From the NCBI GenBank assembly GCA_964016885.1, contig OZ024742.1, forward strand, positions 246,326,001 through 246,390,000: a stretch of DNA of 64,000 bases, written 5' to 3'. Position 1 is the stretch's first letter. Each line of letters opens with the position of its first letter. Shown one piece after another: positions 52,927 through 64,000 of this stretch. Source of the DNA: Eledone cirrhosa. Taxonomy: Eukaryota. The notes beneath the pieces were generated by a model, which made no database searches, was not told the origin of the DNA, and saw nothing but the letters and a program-made list of their open reading frames with translations. A program made the position numbers and the translations under genes.

Positions 52927-52986
52927 TTTCTTTCTGATGATTGAAAGCAAATTTTTTTGCTTTTAAGAAACCACTGGTAAATGAAA
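52927..52986 (+). ncRNA. Type I hammerhead-like motif
   Basis: tttcttt-CTGATGA-ttgaaagcaa-attttt-ttgcttttaa-GAAA-cca-c-tgg-TA-aatgaaa; 10-bp helix II. Confidence 0.7.
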
Positions 52987-53080
52987 TAATTGCCTTATGT
53001 TGTTTATTACATAACTATTAAGCGCTGTTACCTACATAGAGCACTCTTTTTTCCTGGACTTTTCCGACGGAATTACTTCA

Positions 53081-53121
<41 letters not shown>

Positions 53122-53125
<4 letters not shown>

Positions 53126-53229
53126 AAATAATGAAATCTAAGGATATCCTATTAAATAAGCGACAAGAATTAATTATATCATGTAATCATAAAATTAGAA
53201 GAACTTTTAAATATTATAAACCTAATTAA
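53122..53229 (+). mobile_element. Extreme C-terminal remnant of Neptune-type PLE
   Basis: EIMKSKDILLNKRQELIISCNHK matches the LLNKRxE..xxCxH terminus; begins at (TA)n. Confidence 0.55.
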
Positions 53230-54261
53230 TATACACTTTACAAATTATTATAATAACATTTTTTAAAAATTAGTTAACCTATAATTAATATTCTACTACT
53301 AATGAACTGCATAATTTTACAGCTATCTTTCCCTAAAATTTATATCAATAAGTATACATATAAACTATTTTAATTTCAGGTTATGAATCTATATTCCTTG
53401 TAAACTATATAAATTTATTTCTCACTAATACATTTATCCCCCCCACCCAATTATTATTATTATTATTATATTTTTTCCCTTTGCTTTTAACAACTTTCTT
53501 CAATTACATCTAACTCTTATTTATCATATCTATATGAATTAATATAAATTTATCAATATAAATATACCTATCAATTAAATTAATTTTTCTTTTTATAGAT
53601 GTAAATTCCTTATGTTTTAAATAAGATTGATATTTTTCACTAACACATTTATCGTAAAATTTTATTCTCCTTAGATTTTAACACTAGCATTATTCTTTTA
53701 TAACATCAAATTTTCGTGTATTTTTCACCGGCTTGACCTATTTTTATCCCCAAAGTAATCTTTTCATTCAAAAATACTCTTTCCATTCAAAACTGAAGTC
53801 TGCTTTCCTCTACCCCTAAATAAAATTTCAATTACTACTATTCTATCATCTTGACCACTTACTACCTTTCTATTGGTCAATTCAAAACCTGTTCCCAAAC
53901 AGACCTATTATATTAAATCTTTGTTGTTTTTTTTTTCAATAAACAAATATCATTATTTCTGAGTTCAAATCCCGCCGAGGTTGACTTTGCCTTTCATCCT
54001 TACGGGGTCGATAAAATAAAGTACCAGTGATGCACTGGGTAATTGCTGGCCTTGTGCCTAAAGTAGAAACTATTATTTCAGCATATATATGTGTAGGTAT
54101 GTATATTCCCTCTGATAGTTTGTAAAAATGTTACATAGATCTATATCATATACATACCAACACACACATATATATCCTAGAAACGACGTAAAATGATGAA
54201 TTTTTTAATATATAGAACTGTTTCTTTGTTTTTATTCATTATTTTTATTAATTTATTAATT

Positions 54262-55112
<851 letters not shown>

Positions 55113-55126
55113 ATATGTATATATAT

Positions 55127-55307
55127 AAATCCCTGATCAATCTAACCGTCTTCTTCGGAAACCATCACGTCTCTCTTCAATGCCACATTGTGTTCTAACG
55201 ACGATATTGGTCCCAGAATAAGAAGGTGGAGATCAATATATATATATTTAAATTAATATTCGCCTTCCCCAATCTATTTCTTAGTATATGATTGTATATA
55301 TAGTGAA
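55127..55307 (+). repeat. ~180-bp repeat, inverted partner at 59277-59458
   Basis: aatccctgatcaatct...ccccaatctatttcttagtatatgattgtatatatagtgaa versus its reverse complement at 59277-59458. Confidence 0.85.
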
Positions 55308-55487
55308 AAAAAAAAAATATATATATATACACACATATATATATATATATTAAATTAGATATAGAGTTGAGGAATTTTGAATAAAAAATTTTAATTATAT
55401 AGTAAAATAAAGATTTTTTAAATTCTAAAATAAGTGGCTGAACTAATTAAGTACGAGCTTAAAAGTTGCATTCTCTCTCTCTCTCTC

Positions 55488-55593
<106 letters not shown>

Positions 55594-55739
55594 CTTGCAA
55601 GCGACGTAAAATGATGATGATGATGATGATGATGATATATATATCTGTTTCTGACTCGCGCATATTTTCACACAGCTTATGCTGAAAGAATAACTATGTT
55701 GCTTGTGTTTATTTCCATCTTCGGTTAGCTTCCCCCTGT

Positions 55740-55930
55740 GTTGTTTACTTGTCTCACTCGCTTTACGCGTTTCTATTGTCCTAATAACTTATTTTAGTTA
55801 TTATCGCTCCAACGTGAGGTATATGATTTTTAATGCGATGAAATACCCATGATCGTTTGGCAAATCACTGATGAGGGACTCATTTTATAACATGTTATTC
55901 ATGTGCAACCAGCAGTATTCTTCTTACCCA
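55740..55930 (+). repeat. Diverged dispersed repeat (second copy ~61280-61480) containing atcaCTGATGA
   Basis: Shared gtttac.tgtctc.ctcg, aataactt..tttagtta, gaggtat, atcactgatga.gg, catgtgcaacc. Confidence 0.7.
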
Positions 55931-55934
55931 TATT

Positions 55935-56000
<66 letters not shown>

Positions 56001-56114
56001 AGATAAGCAGAACAAGTAAAATTCAACCAATTCTTCAAAATAAATCAAAATTAATATACAATTAAAATTAATCAAAATTAAAAAATATAATATAAATATT
56101 TACCTATTCAAATG

Positions 56115-56195
56115 GCCCTAACTGTACAGTTTCACGGTGCAAAACATTAAATATCACGAGGATATCAATGGAAAAGCAACGATCATCAGAGAAGC
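56115..56195 (-). ncRNA. Type I hammerhead-like motif
   Basis: Minus strand gcttct-CTGATGA-tcgttgc...gcaccgt-GAAA-ctgtacag-TT-agggc; palindromic helix III. Confidence 0.6.
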
Positions 56196-56262
56196 AGTTA
56201 CATATACATATATACATATACATATACAGTTACATATACATATATACATATACATATACAGT

Positions 56263-56453
<191 letters not shown>

Positions 56454-57760
56454 GTTTAACGCGCCGTATTCTAAGCATGTATGCAGCAATATACCAGGCC
56501 TCTTTTTTCGAACGTTAGACGAGTGCTTCTCGCCGTCGAACAGATACCACAAGATTTTCAACCGCCACACGGTGAAGTTTTCCTTCTCCACAGCACATAA
56601 CATGGCCGAATACATGGCCAAAACCAACGCGGCGAAAATGGGGAACCTTGACCGTCAACGGAGAGCCCCTCGCAGACCAGTCTTCCAACCAAACCCGGCC
56701 TTCGCGGCGGCCGCCACGCCCGCGGAAGACCATACAATCCAACGCCGGGCGGGAATGAGTGGCGGAGGAGAGACAACCGTGTCGGCGCAACAACACCCTG
56801 AGAATCTGGAGCGGGCCCTAGAAGATCAAGGGCCAGGCGTCAGAAATGAACAACATAACGACAGAACGTGCAACTGCAGAGCGGGAACGCAGTGCCCCCT
56901 GCAGGGAAGATGCTTGACGAAGGGCCTGGTATATAAATGTGTGGTTAGCACACACAATATAAAGCGCACCTACATCGACGCAACATCCACGACCTTTAAA
57001 TCGCGGATGTATAACCACACGAACTCTTTCAAGGACAGGAGTAAGAGACACTCTACTAGGCTGACGGACATTTTGTGGGACTTGAAGGACAAAGGCACCC
57101 CGTATGCCCTTGACTGGAGTATCGTTCGGCACGCGAATGCATACTCGGCTGAAAACAGAAAGTGTAGGCTATGCCTATACGAGGCCATGGAGATAGTCAG
57201 ACTGAAGGATGATGCGGTCAACCTTAGATTGGAAATAATCATGACCTGCAGACACCAGAGAAGGTGCACACTCTCCGCATGGAATCCACCGGGAAGCCCA
57301 GGCTAAAGGCATGCGGCGGAGCGTGCGCCGACCAGAGCGGCGAAACGGGTTCTAGGGATCAGACACCATACCCTGATGACTATATATGCCCCGTGGGGTA
57401 AACCGAAATAACCCGGGATGCATACCCGACTCTGCACGTCACCCTAGGCAAGAACATCGCCTGAGCCGGGGCAGGTTGACCCGGATTCCACTGACTTTCA
57501 GTCAAATGCATTACACCTATAGGACAATATACCTCAACCACAGTGACATACTCCAGTATGGCCGGTCCACGCACCCCCATGCATGTGTATCTTTTCAATA
57601 GCGAGTCCATACTCTCCACGTATTCCATCTTGTAACACATATTATATGTTCTGTATATCCCATGATCCTCCTGTGTACTATCTCATACGCATACACGTTC
57701 CTCCTTCTTCTTTTTTATATATCTCTATGTGACGTTATATCTATACTTTTAATATATTGC
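56454..57760 (+). mobile_element. 5'-truncated Neptune-type Penelope-like element (linker plus GIY-YIG plus 3' region)
   Basis: FNAPYS..YHKIFNRHTVKFSFS..CNCRAGTQCPLQGRCLTKGLVYKC..YIDATSTTFKSRMYNH..CRLCLYE..CRHQ. Confidence 0.9.
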
Positions 57761-58128
57761 ATATTTATTTTTTATATATGTGTATATACGTATGTGTATA
57801 TATAGATGTATATATATATGTAGATATATGTGTGTGTATATATGTGTGTATATATTGTTTATATATGTGCATGCTTATAACAAGATGCATCATTTCATGT
57901 ATGACCCATTGTGTATCTTTATATGACTTTGTGTATATATCCTATTTGTGTATATATATATATATATATATATATGTGTATATATCTTTGTAGGCGTGCG
58001 TGGGCCTGTATGTGAATATGCGCATATTTGTAAGAGTGTATATGAGCCAGTGTGTGTGTGTGTGTACAAGCACCCAATGTAGCGAAAGGGCTTGTTTGTG
58101 TGTATATATATATATATATATGTATATG

Positions 58129-58287
<159 letters not shown>

Positions 58288-58829
58288 TTCTGAGCGAGTC
58301 TGTATCTGTGCCTATATATGGGCATGTAGGCAGGCGTCTGTGTATGCGTATGTCTATATTTTTTTTTTAATATGTTCTCCTTAAGTGTGTGTGTGTAGCG
58401 GGAGTCTATGCGTACGGATGTTGTTATCTATGTGATTGTGTGTGTGTGTGCGTGTGTGTGTATATGTGTGTGTAAGTGCGCGCGTGGACATGTGAACTAC
58501 CAAACCCAGTAGTAATTCATCGAAGTGTGGCAGAAAGGGACAGCTGATGGTCAGTCGAATTGACCCCTGTTGGTCAGATTTACGATGACGTAGAAAAGCA
58601 GCAGCCAATAACAGGACGCGCGAAGAGGATGTTTTTGACGGTAACACCCCAGTGAGAGAATTTTCTCCGAAATCATTAGATGTGTCCGTCGAACCTGCGG
58701 ATCCAGAATCAGACAGATCCACACAATGATCGCGTCTCGAGCTGTCCGCCGGCGAAACAATTGTAACACACAATAAATTGAATTCAGATGCATCACTGAT
58801 TTTTCGTTTTATATTATATTATATTATAT

Positions 58830-58938
<109 letters not shown>

Positions 58939-58939
58939 A

Positions 58940-58974
<35 letters not shown>

Positions 58975-59105
58975 AGCAGGCAGGTGACGACAATCTGAAG
59001 AGAGAAAGAGAAAGAAAAAATTGATGAGAAAAGAAAGGTGTTTGTATCTTTATAGATATGTACGAGAAAAAGACAGAGAGAAAGTGTGTGTGTGTCTGTA
59101 TAAAC

Positions 59106-59150
<45 letters not shown>

Positions 59151-59939
59151 TATATATATATGTGTGTGTGTGTGTATATGTATATATGTGTGTCCGTATA
59201 AACATTTATATATATATATCTATATCTATATATATATATAAATGTAGAAATATATATATATATATGTGTATATATATTCACTATATATACAATCATATAC
59301 TAAGAAATAGATTGGGGAAGGCGAATATTAATTTAAATATATATATATATATTGATCTCCACCTGCTTGTGGGACCAATATCTTCGTTAGAACTCAATGT
59401 GGCATTGAAAAGAGAAGAGATGGTTTCCGAAGAAGACGGTGAGATTGATCAGGGATTTCGAGACTAGAAACAGGTAGCAACTTAACCATTACCTGCTGGT
59501 CGATATATCGATCTAGCATGATCAATCAACCATCTAAAACGATTGTAAAACAATTAACTAACTAACCACATATCTCCGACTTTTGTTTTATTTTCATTCT
59601 TCAACTCACACAAACACACATACACACACACATAAATACACATATATAAACAATATACACTTTAAAAATACATACTTACTCGTGTAATCCCCTCAGACAC
59701 ATATACACACGAACACACACACATAATAAACTGGTTCAGAGGTAATACTGCCTTCTCTTTGGTTGTTATAATCTCAACCTTTCGGCCATTTTAATTTGTT
59801 GGTTTCATAAATTATCTGTCGACTCAGATTTCTTTTAATCAAGCCCTTTATTCAAACCACGTCGGTAGATTGAGTGCATCTCATTTTCCATTCACTGGAC
59901 ATGCTCGTATTAAATAGTTATTTATAGGGCGGTGGACTG

Positions 59940-61010
59940 GCAGAATCGATAGAGCGAAGCGATCAGTAAAGTGGTGTTATGTGATCAGTTTAGTGAGGAA
60001 TTCAATGGAGTTGATTTGCGCACACTTTTTAGTCCACTCCTGCTTATTATAGACCTTCAGGTCATATTGTATGAGTTCTTGATCAGTTGATCATGGGGAC
60101 TTCTGTATACTGACGATCTGGTTCGCATCTGTGGAAACTCTAGAGTAAACTTACAGAAACTAAAGTTTCAGTAAGTATGAAAGAAGACAGGACTCTGGTT
60201 TCATCAGGGAAGTGGTCATGCTCGATATGCCTAAAAGGAGATACAAACTCTATACGATGTATACAATGTAAATCTGGAGTGTACAAGAGGCATAGTGGGA
60301 TATCAGGTAGACTAACAGAAAAGCTAGATTTTTATGTGCAGGGATAGTTGGGATAAAGAGCATCAGCAGAATGAAATTTTTCCAATCCAAACAAGGCTCC
60401 ATAGCTTCCGACACTTAGGTTACCGAATTAGCAGCAGAGGAAGTAGTCCTAAAAGTGTAGTGGTTAGAATAAGAACTGGGTGGAAAAAGTTCAGAGAGCT
60501 ACAACTCTGTTGATAACGAAAGCTTTCTCTCTCTTTGAATGAAAAGCTGTCTCTATGATGACTGTGTGTCATGTCCGATGTTGTATGTCTATGAAATATG
60601 GGCAGTAAAAAAAGAGGATATGCGAAATCTGGAGAAAAATGAAGCGAGCATGCTTCGATGAATGAGTATTGTTAATGTGCATGGGAGGCGAAATGAAAGA
60701 GAAAGTAAGTATAAGTGGAATCAAATGTTGTTTGCAAGAGACAAGACTGCGCTTGTATGGACATGTGATATATATGGATGAGGATCATTGGGTGAATAAG
60801 TGCCAAGCGTTAGTAGTGGAATGAAGCTGCAATAAAGGAAACCAAAGAAAACTTGAGCAGAAGTTGTGAGAGCTGATCTCAAAACGCTGGACTCCACAGA
60901 GATGACGAAGAAACGTAACGAGTGGAGCGAGGATGTGTTGGAAAAGACATGTGCAATCCAGGCAAGCATGGAAAAACTTAGCAATAAAAAGATGATGACG
61001 ATGATGATGA
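59940..61010 (+). mobile_element. Degenerate RTE-clade LINE 3' portion with (GAT)n tail
   Basis: SEEF, GLLYTDDLV, KWSCSIC, GWKKFREL, YGHVI, MRADLKTL; homologous to the intronic RTE copies. Confidence 0.7.
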
Positions 61011-61481
61011 TACACACACACACACCCAATCTCTCACCTTCTTTTTACCCCCTCTGTCAGTCACACACTCTCTCTAAGCTGGCCTCTTCCTCACACTTCC
61101 ACTCACGCACTCTCTGCTTCTCTCCCTCTCTCACTTCCTCCCGTTTGACCTGTATGAAATCCTTTTCTCGCTCAGATCTCACCCATGTCGGATGGTCTGT
61201 ATCTCTCGTCCATGATTTCACCAAGCTTAAGCTTATAGATATCATGTACTTGTCTCTTCCTATCTTTCCGTTGCAATACCATCTTTGTTTGTTTACATGT
61301 CTCGCTCGTTTCACCCTATTTTACTTGTCCCAATAACTTTATTTAGTTATTTCTCGCACCAACCAGAGGTATATTATTTTTAAAGCGATTAAATACCATT
61401 GAAGGTTGGAAGATCACTGATGAAGGACCAATTTTTTTATTCATATGTAACCCATGTGCAACCATGCAGCACTCCATTTTT

Positions 61482-61552
<71 letters not shown>

Positions 61553-61608
61553 GTAATAGCTTCGTAGATATGTCCAAGGCATAGAGCAACTGAAGTCCGT
61601 AGGACGAG

Positions 61609-61671
<63 letters not shown>

Positions 61672-61757
61672 TTCTTTCTTCTGATGAAGGACTAGCGTCC
61701 GTAACGTTAAGACTCCTTCCATATACTGTACCGATTGTGTTGTTATTTCTGTTTACC

Positions 61758-61797
<40 letters not shown>

Positions 61798-61887
61798 ACA
61801 CACACACACACACATATATATACACATAAATCCAAACCACCAACAATCACCTATCACACCCTACCCAAAACACCAAATTTAGGTAAT

Positions 61888-62024
61888 AGTTAACAAACAT
61901 GTATATAGGTTAACAAACATGTATTTAGGTTAACAAACATGTATTTAGGTTAACAAACATGTATTTAGGTTAACAAACATGTATTTAGGTTAACAAACAT
62001 GTATTTAGGTTAACAACCATGTAT
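61888..62024. repeat. 20-bp tandem repeat, ~7 copies
   Basis: (taggttaacaaacatgtatt)n. Confidence 0.95.
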
Positions 62025-62476
62025 AACCATATTTATCCGCACTGCAATATCTAACCAACAAAAATATTATTTCCATTTTACCAATATTCTTTCTCTTTCT
62101 ATTTGCATTATACAAAAACAATATTCAGATCTATAAAAAAAATCCCACATAAAATCTATTTATTTCTTAAAATATTTTTTTCCCATTGTCTTCAATAAAT
62201 TCAATTTTGTATTCCTCTTCTAAAACCAAAAATGCCATTAGGATTTTACAGATGGAAGTGATTAAAAATTTAGGTTAGACTTTGTCTTGATTTGAAAATT
62301 ATTTTTGAAAGACAGAATTAATTCACCCCTCTAAAATACATGTAGGCCATATGGGGATGGGGGGTATTCATGGTCGCCAGTGGCTGTTTTACTGCAATAA
62401 TAACAACGACGACGACAACAACGACGACGACAACAACGATGACGACGACAACAACAACAACAACAACAACAACAAC

Positions 62477-62516
<40 letters not shown>

Positions 62517-62747
62517 TTAGAAGAAGAAAGAAACAAACAAAAATCTTGCCGAAGAAAAAAAATATTTTAGAAATAAAATTGCCTTTTGTTCAGGTCAGAT
62601 TTATATCAGACGACAACGAGAAAATATATTTTAAAAATATTATTTCTCGTTTTAACTTTTCTATAACAAACCTTTTCGCCTTCCTTCTCTCACACTCTTT
62701 CTCTCTCTCTCTTAACCAATCTCTCTCTACCCTCTCTCTCTTATTCT

Positions 62748-62885
<138 letters not shown>

Positions 62886-62889
62886 CGAA

Positions 62890-64000
62890 GATAGGTAGAT
62901 AGATAGATAGATAGATTTCTTTATTTACCATAAAGGCATAAAAAGAAGGGACAAATACAAAGGGGGAGTTTACATATAATCGAGTAAAAAGGGTGTAACA
63001 TGAAAATAATCGAAAATAACCTCAAAAGGGAGGGGACGTGATGGGGGTTGCACACACCCCCGAAAAAGTGTGCAATCCTTTGCCCGGGGAGCACATGGAG
63101 AAGGTGCTCCCCTCTCCTTTACTTCTTTACCTACAGGATGGTATACAGAGAAGGCCCATTTACACGAGCCATTCTCGCCACTATCACCCACCTTTCATAA
63201 AACTGCCTGTGGCCAAGCACCTCTCTCTCCATTCTTATCCTTCTTCCGAAGTGATATCGGAAGAAGTAGACCAGACTATGGCCAGAGAGGAAGTTGCCTG
63301 ACCTCAGACCTTTCAATCGTGTCCACCAAACAACCTCTTTCAACATGGCTATTACGCACAGAAAAACCGCCTTTGCTTCCTTTGTGAAGAGGGGAGGCGG
63401 TTTGATTGTCATCACGGACTCGGCGGTCAATTTAATCGGCGCCACCCGCGACAGCAGTTGTTCGGCGTAGCCCCACAGATCAGCCACGCCCGGACATTGC
63501 ACCAATGCGTGCGCTACGGTTTCTTCGTGACGCACGCATCTAGGGCAAATCTTTTTTGAGGGATCCCTGCCCGGGCGCCCGTGTCTGTAGAGCCTCTCTC
63601 GAACGGGTAGAGCCCCTCGGTAGCACTGCCAGGCCAGTGACTTCTGGAAGTTGTCCATTGGTCCTGGGCCGAAAGTCCTACCGAACAGGCTGGCCAGTTC
63701 GTCTTCTTCCATGTCCAGCGACTCTCCAAGGGTGTCATCGCCCCTGCTAGCCACCAGCCCTCTATAGAATGATGAGGTGGATTCTCCACCGATGGCCCGG
63801 CCCGCTTGCCAGAGAGCCCTGAGCGCCTGAGCACACTCAGTGTGCCAGTCTCCCAGTTTTCCGGATCTTTGCTTGACCCAGGACTGTAGCTCGGTGAGTG
63901 AGACGAGTCTCGGAAAGGCTCGTTTCACGAACGGAGCCCACACCGGTTGACCAGTGAGGAATACCTGTAGGTGCCGTAGCCTTAATGCGTGCCTACGCAT
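62890..64000 (-). mobile_element. L1/Tx1-clade non-LTR retrotransposon 3' end (runs off window)
   Basis: Open frame with zf-RVT-like LAWQCYRGALPVRERL..CPRCVRHEETVAHALVQC..LW; 3' UTR ending aataaagaaat, then (ctat)n and (tc)n. Confidence 0.85.

Noticed and set aside
57370-57420. CTGATGA...GAAA after the Neptune GIY-YIG
   Set aside because: Position fits a pLTR HHR, but no UH triplet or convincing helices; too decayed to call.

Overview
AT-rich, microsatellite-dense animal genomic DNA. The SINE repertoire suggests a cephalopod such as Octopus (inference). The left 26 kb holds two convergent spliced genes whose exons join in frame at GT/AG sites. One is the 3' part of an FBXW10/CDRT1-like WD40 gene on + (7 exons, 3381-15981). 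The other is a complete FDXACB1-like gene on - (5 coding exons, 25804-19283, 607 aa). The rest is mostly decayed transposons: a CRE-clade non-LTR remnant, a Buster-type hAT, a Tc1/mariner (maT-like) element, several Penelope-like (PLE) RT/GIY-YIG elements, RTE LINE fragments (one with a twin-priming-type inversion), an L1/Tx1 3' end, piggyBac-type MITEs and many tRNA-derived SINEs. The most notable signal is not in the ORF track: about a dozen type I hammerhead-ribozyme (HHR)-like motifs, all folded by eye. They include a young, non-coding 593-bp unit at 33587-35150 with a U3-A8 covariant core, arranged as back-to-back greater-than-unit-length arms inside (TA)n, and a second ~430-bp HHR-bearing partial tandem at 46018-46634. 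Both are candidate retrozyme-like/circular-RNA-derived elements that may use the local PLE machinery. No folding, database search or activity test was run.
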